From Deltaproteobacteria bacterium (lineage in GTDB: Bacteria; Desulfobacterota; Binatia; HRBIN30; JACQVA1), in assembly GCA_016210005.1 (NCBI GenBank), contig JACQVA010000168.1, positions 9,547 through 73,546 on the forward strand: a stretch of 64,000 nt of DNA. The letters are read 5' to 3'. The notes beneath the pieces are model-generated. The model was not told the origin of the DNA. It did no database searches and saw nothing but the letters and a program-made list of their open reading frames with translations. This document shows, piece after piece, positions 50,836 to 58,895 of this stretch (its first letter is position 1; the number at the start of each line of letters is the position of its first letter). Position numbers and translations under genes: made by a program.

Positions 50836-50928
50836 GAACCGGCGGCGCGCCGCCGGCAGCGGCCGCCGCCGAGCGGGCAACGACTCCAATAGACGGTCAC
50901 GCGCAGTGACGTGGCCGGGGAGGTGCGT

Positions 50929-51414
50929 ATGCGCATTGGACACGGATTCGACATCCACCGCTTAGTCAGCGGCCGGCCGCTGCGGCTCGCTGGCATCACC
51001 GTCCCGTACGAGGCCGGGTTGCTGGGGCATTCCGACGGCGACGTGGTGCTGCACGCCGTTTGCGACGCCTTGCTCGGTGCGATCGCGGCCGGCGATGTGG
51101 GCCGGCTGTTCCCCGACAGTGATCCGCGCTTCAAGGGCATCGACAGCACCGAGCTGCTGCGCGAGGTGGTGCGGCGCGTCCACGGCTTGGGCTACGTCGT
51201 GCGCAACCTCGATGTCACGGTGCAGGCCGAACGGCCTCGGCTGGCCGAGCACATCGAGAGCATGCGCACGCGCCTGGCCGAGCTGCTGGTGGTGGACAGC
51301 AGCATGGTCAGCGTGAAGGCGAAGACGATGGAGGGCCTTGACGCCGTTGGCCGCGGGGAGGCGATCGCCGCCACCGCGGTGGTGCTGTGTAAGCCGGTGA
51401 CGAAGGACGAGTGA
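50929..51414 (+). CDS. ispF: 2-C-methyl-D-erythritol 2,4-cyclodiphosphate synthase
   Basis: Contains MRIGHGFDIHRL, GHSDGDVVLHA and DVTVQAERP. Confidence 0.95.
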   Translation: MRIGHGFDIHRLVSGRPLRLAGITVPYEAGLLGHSDGDVVLHAVCDALLGAIAAGDVGRLFPDSDPRFKGIDSTELLREVVRRVHGLGYVVRNLDVTVQAERPRLAEHIESMRTRLAELLVVDSSMVSVKAKTMEGLDAVGRGEAIAATAVVLCKPVTKDE

Positions 51415-51430
51415 GCAACTGCTCCGGCGG

Positions 51431-54070
51431 CTAACGCGCCGCCAGCCAGACTTGCAGCCCCTTGCCCGCCCGCTGGCGCAGTTCCTGATTGAGGGCGAAG
51501 CGCTCGAGCGCTTGCTTGAGCGCGCGCGCCGCCGTCGGTACGGGGTGGGCACGAAAGAAGGCGGCAACCTCGTGCTTATAGGCGCTGGTTTGCAACTGCG
51601 TGGTGGCATCGATCACCCGCGACACCATCATTGGCGGTAGGCGCTGCGAGAGCTCGGCCCAGCGCCGCTTCAGGAACTGCCACGCCGCTGCGCGTGCTCC
51701 CGGGTTGGCGAACAGCCGCACCAGCAGGAGGCCGACATCCTGCGTCGACACCTCCTCGCTGAGCGTGAGTTCGAGCGTGCGCTCGATCAGCGCCGGGGAG
51801 CGGAAATCGCCGAGCGCCAGCTGGTACCGGCGCCGCTCTTGCGGCGTCTGCGCCTGGCGCACCGCGGCGAGGAATTGCTCGTAACGATCGCCATCGCCTT
51901 CACGCGCCGCCATCGCGATCAGCGGATCGGCGAGATTGGGTTCAAGCGCATGGCGGTCGCGCAGGTAGGCGGCGAAGCGATCCGGAACTTCGGCAACGAT
52001 TGCCGGCGACGAGGCGATGTCGCCGGCCAGCCGCAGTACCGAGGCGCGCCGCAAGCGCACGTCGTCGGTTTCTCCGGCTGCCGCCTGCCAGCCGAGCTGC
52101 TGCCACGCCGCTTCATAGGTCCCCGCCAGCCAGCGGCGGAAGGTCGGGCCGCCGTCAACCGCGGGAACCAACTGGTCGTCGACAAAACGCAACGCCGAGG
52201 CTAGGGCGTCGAGGACGTCGAAATCGCTCTCGCTCCCAAGACTACCGGCGAGGTCGAGGAAGCTGCCAATCTCGGCGTGGCCGGCGCGCACCGCAGCCCA
52301 CTGATGACCGACCAGGCCGAGGCGCTCGACTGGGGTGAGCGCGGTGAAGTTGCCGGCGCGCAGCGCCGCTAGTGTCCCCTCGTCGTGCAGCACGTGGTAG
52401 AAGCCGCCTTCCGCGGCGTTAGCGTAAACCCAAGGCACGCGCCGGGCCGGACCCAGCGCCATTGCGCCGCGGCCGGCGGTCAGCAGCTGGCGCGCAGGCT
52501 GCCGCGTAGCGGGTGACTTCACGACCACGGGTAACGGCCAGCGCTGCCCCGTCGGTTTAGCCTTCGGGTTGGCGAAGAAGCGTGTTTGGCGCAGTTCGAG
52601 CACGGCTTGTCCGTTGCGCTCAATGCGGCGCGCCGCCAGCAGCGGAAAGCCGGGCTGCTCGATCCAACCGCGCGCCACCCGCGCCACCTTCTGGCCCGAG
52701 GCTGCTTCGAGCGCGCGCCACAAGTCGGCGGCGGTGGCGTTGCCTTCGCGGTGACTACGGATGTATTGGCGCACGCCCCGGCGAAAGGCGGTCGGTCCGA
52801 GGTAGCTCTCGATCATGCGCACCACCGCGGCGCCCTTTTCGTAGGTGATCGCGTCGAAGTTCTCGGTCGCCTGAGCCGGGCTGCGCACTTCGGTATAGAT
52901 CGGGTGGGTGTTGGCCAGCGCATCGAGGCTGAGGGCGGTGGCGCGGTGGTGGGCGAAGTTGTTCCACATCCGCCACTCGGGCTTCCACTCGTCGACGATG
53001 CGAATCGCCATCCAGGTGGCAAAGGCTTCATTCAGCCAGAGATCGTCCCACCAGGCCATGGTAACCAGATCGCCGTACCACATGTGCGCCAGCTCGTGGG
53101 CGATGACCTCGGCGATGCGCTTCTGCTCGGCCAGGGTGATGGTGGCGGGATCGACCAGGAGCAACGTTTCACGAAAAGTGACGGCGCCGGCGTTCTCCAT
53201 TGCGCCGGCCTCGAAGTCCGGCACCGCCAGCAGATCGAGCTTGGCGTAGGGGTACGGCAGGCCGAAGTACTTCTCCAAGCGCGCCAGCGATTCGGCCGCC
53301 GCTTCGAGCGCGAAGCCGGTGAGATGATCTTTGCCCGGGACGTGCCAGATACGAATCGGGGTACGGCCGACGAAGCGCTCGGCCGTGGCCTCCAACTCGC
53401 CGATAGCGAGTGCGCACAGATAGGTCGACAGCTTGGGCGTGGTCGTGAAGAATACCGTCTTGCGGCCCTGGCCGTGGTGCTCGACGCGCTCGACCGGGTT
53501 ATTGGAGACGACCTCGTGCTGCGCCTCGGTGGTAACGGAGAAGGTAAAGCGGGCCTTGTAGGCGGGTTCGTCGAAGCAGGGAAAGAAGCGGCGCGCGTCG
53601 GCGGCTTCGAGCTGGGTGAAGGCGTAGCGGCGCCCGTTGCTGGTGGCGGCGTACAAGCCGCGCAAATGTTTCTGAAGTGCGCCGGAAAAACCCAGCCGCA
53701 GTGTGGCGGCACCGGCGCCGACACGGGCCGGTAGCCGCAACTCGACGGTCTCGCGTTTCGGGTGAGGGGTGACGGTTGCGGTTACGTTGGTGTCGCCGGC
53801 GACCAACTCGGCGTGCTCGATCGCGAGATCCGCCGCGTGTAGTTCGATGGCGTTGCACGCGCGCCCGAGCTCCAGCGCCATGCTGACCTCGCCCTCAAAG
53901 CTGCCGGCGGTAAGGTCGGGGGTGATGTGCACAGCGTAATGCGATGGGCGCACGTGCGGATCGAGCCGGAATTCCGCTTCCGGCACTCGGCGGGCGGCTG
54001 CACCTCGCCCTGCCCGCGCCTGGGTTTGTGATCGCTTAGTGGTTCCTCTACCTTTCACAGCTGCCTCCAT
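51431..54070 (-). CDS. pepN: M1-family aminopeptidase N
   Basis: Contains GAMENAG, and HELAHMWYGDLVT...WLNEAFAT (HEXXH+E). The start is uncertain (ATG 54070 or GTG 54079). Confidence 0.92.
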   Translation of the reverse strand: MEAAVKGRGTTKRSQTQARAGRGAAARRVPEAEFRLDPHVRPSHYAVHITPDLTAGSFEGEVSMALELGRACNAIELHAADLAIEHAELVAGDTNVTATVTPHPKRETVELRLPARVGAGAATLRLGFSGALQKHLRGLYAATSNGRRYAFTQLEAADARRFFPCFDEPAYKARFTFSVTTEAQHEVVSNNPVERVEHHGQGRKTVFFTTTPKLSTYLCALAIGELEATAERFVGRTPIRIWHVPGKDHLTGFALEAAAESLARLEKYFGLPYPYAKLDLLAVPDFEAGAMENAGAVTFRETLLLVDPATITLAEQKRIAEVIAHELAHMWYGDLVTMAWWDDLWLNEAFATWMAIRIVDEWKPEWRMWNNFAHHRATALSLDALANTHPIYTEVRSPAQATENFDAITYEKGAAVVRMIESYLGPTAFRRGVRQYIRSHREGNATAADLWRALEAASGQKVARVARGWIEQPGFPLLAARRIERNGQAVLELRQTRFFANPKAKPTGQRWPLPVVVKSPATRQPARQLLTAGRGAMALGPARRVPWVYANAAEGGFYHVLHDEGTLAALRAGNFTALTPVERLGLVGHQWAAVRAGHAEIGSFLDLAGSLGSESDFDVLDALASALRFVDDQLVPAVDGGPTFRRWLAGTYEAAWQQLGWQAAAGETDDVRLRRASVLRLAGDIASSPAIVAEVPDRFAAYLRDRHALEPNLADPLIAMAAREGDGDRYEQFLAAVRQAQTPQERRRYQLALGDFRSPALIERTLELTLSEEVSTQDVGLLLVRLFANPGARAAAWQFLKRRWAELSQRLPPMMVSRVIDATTQLQTSAYKHEVAAFFRAHPVPTAARALKQALERFALNQELRQRAGKGLQVWLAAR

Positions 54071-54288
54071 CACCGACACCTAAGAGAAGAGACTTCACCA
54101 CAGAGGCACAGAGACGCGGAGAACGACGGCTTTGCGGCTTCGGGAAGCCCGCTTCTGAAACCTTCTTTCCTTATGAGGTTCAACTTCATGTCTCCGGAAC
54201 TCGGTCTTCCGGCCTTCTCTGGACTCTACTGCCTCTGTGGTGGAACCGCGTTGTCCAATCAAGGTTAGGTTTGTACGCGCACCGGTTC

Positions 54289-55392
54289 TCAGTTCTCAGC
54301 GTAACGGAACAAGCGCTGGCCGATGGCGAACGACACCGCGCCGTAGGCCAGCAGGAGCGCCAGCGTCGGCGCGATCTCAAGCAGGGTGCGGTTGCGCAGC
54401 ATGACGTCGTGCAGCGCCACCATCGACCATGTCGTCATCGCTCCCTGGGCAACCACTTGCATCCAGCGCGGCTGTTCGAAGAACGGCCACCAACAGCCGC
54501 CGATCGCCGCCAGAATGAACATCGCCGACAGGCCGACGGGGATAATCTGCTCACGCGTCCGCGCAACCGCGGCGATGATCACACTGAAGCTGGCCATCGA
54601 GAACACGATGGCAAACACCGTCAGTACGAACGCCAGTACCGAGTGGCCGAGTGAGAGCCGGTACATAAAATGGCCGAAGAGCAGCAGCAGCGTGAGCTGG
54701 GCCACGCCCACGAGCACCCGCGCCAGCAGCTTGCCGCCGAGTACGGCCCACGGTGCAATCGGCGCGATCGCGATCCGCCCGCTGGTGCCCCAGGCCTCTT
54801 CGTCGCGCAGGCCGAAGGCGACGCTCAAGAGCAGGCTCAGCAGCACGAAGGTTACGCTGAAACCCGGCACGTTCTGCTCCAGCGAGGAGAACTTCAAGCG
54901 CTCGCCGGTGAGCGGCCGTTCTGCAAGTGTAAGCAACTCCTCGTGGAAGGGATCGCCGAGCGCGGCCGCTTCGCGATCCGCCAGCAGCATCACGATCTTG
55001 ATTGCGCTCAGTTCGGTCCCTTGCGCCGGGTCGGTGAGCAACTCGATGGTAGAGGGCCGGTTGGTGAGGTAGCGCTTGCTCATCCCCGCCGGCAACACCA
55101 TCGCCGCCGCCGCGGTCTTGCCGTCGCGCACCCAGGCCGCGGCCTGGCCCCGTTCCACCTCTCGTACCTCGACGTGCTCGCGAAAGACCTTCATCAAGGC
55201 GTTGGCCACCGGCCCCTGGTCTTCGTTGACCACCGGCAGCACGATGTTGGCGCTGCCGCCGCCCTGGGTTTCGGCGACCACCAGGATCACGATGATCGGC
55301 ACGATGACGACGAACACCAGCGCCGAGCGGTCGCGGGCAATCAGGCGCAAGTCCTTGCGCACCACCCAGAGCAGTTTGCGCAGATTGTTCAC
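54289..55392 (-). CDS. ABC-2 type transporter permease
   Basis: An N-terminal TM, a large periplasmic loop and five C-terminal TM segments. It overlaps the upstream gene's stop by 4 nt. Confidence 0.8.
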   Translation of the reverse strand: MNNLRKLLWVVRKDLRLIARDRSALVFVVIVPIIVILVVAETQGGGSANIVLPVVNEDQGPVANALMKVFREHVEVREVERGQAAAWVRDGKTAAAAMVLPAGMSKRYLTNRPSTIELLTDPAQGTELSAIKIVMLLADREAAALGDPFHEELLTLAERPLTGERLKFSSLEQNVPGFSVTFVLLSLLLSVAFGLRDEEAWGTSGRIAIAPIAPWAVLGGKLLARVLVGVAQLTLLLLFGHFMYRLSLGHSVLAFVLTVFAIVFSMASFSVIIAAVARTREQIIPVGLSAMFILAAIGGCWWPFFEQPRWMQVVAQGAMTTWSMVALHDVMLRNRTLLEIAPTLALLLAYGAVSFAIGQRLFRYAEN

Positions 55393-56009
55393 GGCGTGTC
55401 GTCCGTTGCGCCGCCGAACTTGCGCCGCATGCTGTCGAGCAGGGTGTCGACCGCGCCCTTGCTCAGTTGACGATCGAGCTGTTGGCGGAAGTTGCTGGTG
55501 AGGCTCAAGTCCTCCACCTGGATGTCGGTGGCCAGCCAGCGGCCGCTTGCCGCCCGCATGCGGTAGGAGACCAGAAACTCATCGCGCGGGGTAACGATCT
55601 TGGTGTTCACCTGCGTCAGCGCGCCGGCCGCGGCCTCGCCGACGTACTCGAACACCGGTTTGTCGAAGAACAGTAGCTTTTGCAGATAGGTGCGCTGGAA
55701 CAGGGTGCGGAACAACTTGAGGAACTCCTGCTGCTGCGTGGCGGTGAAGTGCTTGACGTGCTCGCCCAGCGCGTCCTTGCCCATGTAATCGGTATCGAGG
55801 AAGCCCTCCAGCAGTTTTTCCAGCTCGGCGAGCTTTTGGTTGTGAGGGTGATCGGCGTTGACGATCGCGCGGGCACGTTCGAGCACCTCGCGGGTGTAAT
55901 CGAGCGCGGTGCCGGCGCGGGCGGGCGAGCCGCTGCCGCAGCAGACGCCGGCTAAGAGCAATGCCACAAGCAGGCTTCCGCGCCGGCCCGTTTGCAAGCG
56001 CTCGACCAT
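55389..56009 (-). CDS. MlaC/Ttg2D-family periplasmic lipid-binding protein
   Basis: Signal peptide, then DTDYMGKDALGEHVKHFT..QQQEFLKLFRTLFQRTY...W.ATDIQVEDLSL..N.R.Q, characteristic of the toluene-tolerance Ttg2D/MlaC family. Confidence 0.7.
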   Translation of the reverse strand: MVERLQTGRRGSLLVALLLAGVCCGSGSPARAGTALDYTREVLERARAIVNADHPHNQKLAELEKLLEGFLDTDYMGKDALGEHVKHFTATQQQEFLKLFRTLFQRTYLQKLLFFDKPVFEYVGEAAAGALTQVNTKIVTPRDEFLVSYRMRAASGRWLATDIQVEDLSLTSNFRQQLDRQLSKGAVDTLLDSMRRKFGGATDDTP

Positions 56010-56010
56010 G

Positions 56011-57021
56011 CTAGTCCCGCAGCTCCTTGCCGGTCAGACGCAGGAAGAGCGTCTGCAAACTGAGCGGTGCGATCTGGATGGCGACGGTATCGCTATAGCG
56101 GCCGATCAAGGCACTGACCGCGGGCAAGGCGCGGCCGGCGCCGTCGGTGAAGATGCGCAGCACCCCGTCGCCGCGTTCGCTGCCGCACACGCCGGCGGCG
56201 CTGTTGAGCGGGCTCAGGTCGGTCGCCGGCGGCAAGCCGCGTAGCTCGATGACCTCGGCACAGCCGGCCGCAGCCAACAGGTCGCCGAGGTGGCCCATGG
56301 CGATGAGGCGGCCCTCATCGACGATGGCGATGCGATCGCACAGCTGCTCGGCCTCCTCCATGTAGTGCGTGGTGTAGAGGATGGCCGTACCCTCTTGGCG
56401 CAGGTTGCGCACGATCGAGAAGATGTGCTCGCGCGAGTGCGGGTCCACGCCCACGGTGGGTTCGTCGAGCAGCAGCAGCCGCGGCCGGTGAATCAGACTC
56501 ACGGCCAGATTGAGCCGCCGTTTCATGCCGCCGGAAAACGTCACCACCGGATCATCGGCGCGGGCGTCGAGCTCGACCAAGGCCAGCAGTTGGCGCACAC
56601 GCTCGCGCAGCGCCGCGCCGCGGACGCCGAAAATGCGGCCGAAGAAGCGCAGGTTCTCGGCTGCACTCAGCCCCGGGTAGAGCGAAATCTCCTGCGGCGC
56701 CACGCCGATGAGGGTGCGAACCGTAGCCGCCGCGCTGACGTTGTGGCCGAAGACGTAGGCCGCCCCGCCCGATGAACGCAGCCAGGTGGCGATGATCGAA
56801 ATGGTCGTGGTCTTGCCCGCGCCGTTGGGGCCGAGCAAGCCGAAGACTTCGCCCTCGTGGACCTCGAAGGTGACCCCCCGGACCGCCTCGATCTCGCCGT
56901 AGCTCTTGCGCAAGTCCTCCACCCGCAAAGCGGCAGCTGCCGAGTGGCTGCGTTCGGCCGCTGACTGTAGTATCGCTGGCGGCTGGGCGGCGGGGCGAGG
57001 CGCGACGGTAACGGTGGCCAT
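56011..57021 (-). CDS. ABC transporter ATP-binding protein (ABC-2 subfamily with C-terminal extension)
   Basis: Contains GLLGPNGAGKTT, SGGMKRRL, LLLLDEPT and H-loop TTHYMEE. ATG 57021 (MATVTV); the upstream part of the track ORF is artefact. Confidence 0.93.
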   Translation of the reverse strand: MATVTVAPRPAAQPPAILQSAAERSHSAAAALRVEDLRKSYGEIEAVRGVTFEVHEGEVFGLLGPNGAGKTTTISIIATWLRSSGGAAYVFGHNVSAAATVRTLIGVAPQEISLYPGLSAAENLRFFGRIFGVRGAALRERVRQLLALVELDARADDPVVTFSGGMKRRLNLAVSLIHRPRLLLLDEPTVGVDPHSREHIFSIVRNLRQEGTAILYTTHYMEEAEQLCDRIAIVDEGRLIAMGHLGDLLAAAGCAEVIELRGLPPATDLSPLNSAAGVCGSERGDGVLRIFTDGAGRALPAVSALIGRYSDTVAIQIAPLSLQTLFLRLTGKELRD

Positions 57022-57150
57022 GGTTGCTGACGCGAGACGAGTCACGTCCGGTTGAGATTGCAGGAAACCAGATTTGGTTGCTCGGGGAAAGAGGTCAGGC
57101 AAAACTTTCCGCCCAGTAGCGGGAGTCTTTTTAGGCGTCGGAGGGACGGT

Positions 57151-58509
57151 ATGAAGCAGGTAACGGCAGTCGGGGCAATGCTGCTGGCCTTGATGCTGGG
57201 GTCGGCGGCGGGCGCGAGCGAGGCCGGCGGGGCGTTGAGCCTGGGCGAGTGCATCCGGGCGGCGCTCGCCTACAGCCCCGATCTGGGCGTGGCGGCCGCC
57301 GATATTGCCGCGGCTCAGGCCCGGCTGGCGGAAGCCGAGGCCGGCCGCCTGGGCGAGGCCGGCTACACCCAGGTGCTGGGTTTGGTCAACGAGGCCCGGG
57401 GGAATGCGACCTACTCGCCCGACACCAAGGATGCGTTCTTCAGCGGTCTGGCGCCTTTCACCCGACTCGATCTGCACTTGGCGATTCCGCTGATGACGTT
57501 TGGCAAACTGCAGGCGGCCCTGGCGGCGGCCCAGCACGGCTTGGAGAGCCAGCGTGCCCTGAGCGTGGAGCGGCGGGCGGCGATCGTCGACAGCACCAAG
57601 CAGCTGTACTACGGCCTGATGTTGGCGCGCCAGCTCGGTGGCGTACTGCGCGAGATGCAGGAGACCCTGGACAAGGCGGTGGCGACGACGGAGCAGCGCA
57701 TCGCCGAAAAGGCCGCGGGTGTCACCCAGCTTGATCTCCTCAAGCTCAAAGTGGGGCGCGCGCGCTTTGCCAAAGGCGTCGTCGAGGTGGAGGCTTCGGC
57801 GCAGCTGGCGCGAACGGCGCTAGCGCGCATGGTAGGCCGGCCGGGTGACGCTGCCTTCGACATTGCCGATCGTAGGCTGCAGCCGGTGGCGATCGCACTC
57901 CTGCCGATTGATGACTACCTCGCTCGTGCCCTCGATCGACGCGCGCAGTGGGCGGCGTTGCAGGCCGGTTTGGCGGCGCAGCAAGCCAAGGTCGCAATCG
58001 AGGAAGCGGAGTACTATCCTAAGGTGTTCTTCTCCACCGGCTTGCAGTTCGCCCGCGCCGGCAATCGCACCGAACAGAGCAACCCGTTCGCCAACGATGA
58101 GTTCAACTACCTGCGTCCCGTCGGTGTGTTGGGGGTGGACTGGGATCTCAATTTCCTCAGTACGCGCGCCAAAGTCGATCAGGCACGGGCCGAGCTCGAG
58201 CGCCTGCGCGCCCAGCGCCGTGAGGCCGAGACCGGCCTGCCGCTGGAACTGCGCAAGGCCTACCTCGACGTCACCCGCACCCGCGACACCGTGACGGCGG
58301 CCGAGGAGGGTCGCAAAGCGGGCCGGGGCTTGCTGGTGCTTACGGTCAGCAACTTCGACCTGGCGCTCGGCAGTGCCGAGGAGCTATTCGACGGTCTGGG
58401 AGCGTACACCGAGAGCAGCAGCGACTACTTCCGCGCGGTGCACGACTACAACGTAGCGGTGGCCACGCTGAGTCGGATCGTCGGTGAGCTGACCGACTTG
58501 CAGTACTGA
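57151..58509 (+). CDS. TolC-family outer membrane efflux protein
   Basis: GGAGGGACGGT RBS and signal peptide MKQVTAVGAMLLALMLGSAAGA. Duplicated coiled-coil/beta repeats. Divergent from the ABC operon. Confidence 0.8.
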   Translation: MKQVTAVGAMLLALMLGSAAGASEAGGALSLGECIRAALAYSPDLGVAAADIAAAQARLAEAEAGRLGEAGYTQVLGLVNEARGNATYSPDTKDAFFSGLAPFTRLDLHLAIPLMTFGKLQAALAAAQHGLESQRALSVERRAAIVDSTKQLYYGLMLARQLGGVLREMQETLDKAVATTEQRIAEKAAGVTQLDLLKLKVGRARFAKGVVEVEASAQLARTALARMVGRPGDAAFDIADRRLQPVAIALLPIDDYLARALDRRAQWAALQAGLAAQQAKVAIEEAEYYPKVFFSTGLQFARAGNRTEQSNPFANDEFNYLRPVGVLGVDWDLNFLSTRAKVDQARAELERLRAQRREAETGLPLELRKAYLDVTRTRDTVTAAEEGRKAGRGLLVLTVSNFDLALGSAEELFDGLGAYTESSSDYFRAVHDYNVAVATLSRIVGELTDLQY

Positions 58510-58560
58510 CGCCCATATGGGAGCGGCGCTGGCTACGTGCCTTTCCGCCTCGGCCCGTTC

Positions 58561-58731
58561 CTAACGCGACAGTCGTAGAGCGGTATCAGCCGTGATCGCG
58601 CGCTTGCCGAGGATGATAGCGTTGATCCGGCGCGACTCCACGTTGATATTCCGCGCCAAACGATACTGGCCCAACCCAAGCGGCTTGAGCAACTCCTCGT
58701 TCAGCGGATTCTCTACCCGGCCCGCAAACAC
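58561..58731 (-). pseudogene. higA: Truncated HigA-family (XRE HTH) antitoxin remnant, no partner toxin
   Basis: NEELLKPLGLGQYRLARNINVESRRINAIILGKRAITADTALRLSR matches the HigA core. It stops where full-length proteins continue (FG..EFW.NLQ..YDL). No ATG is present, and the possible GTG 58731 has no RBS. Confidence 0.45.
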
Positions 58732-58895
58732 GCGACCGGCATCTTGACGGGGTTCCGGGTGGCGCAGGCAAGAACTATCTGCGGCGGGGCGCGCAGGCCT
58801 GACCTCGCCTCTGCCACGTGGTCCCTTCGAGGCGGGAATGCCACGGAATCGCGGGGGCACCCGGCGAGCAGAGGCAGCGAGTTCCAGGTCAGGGC

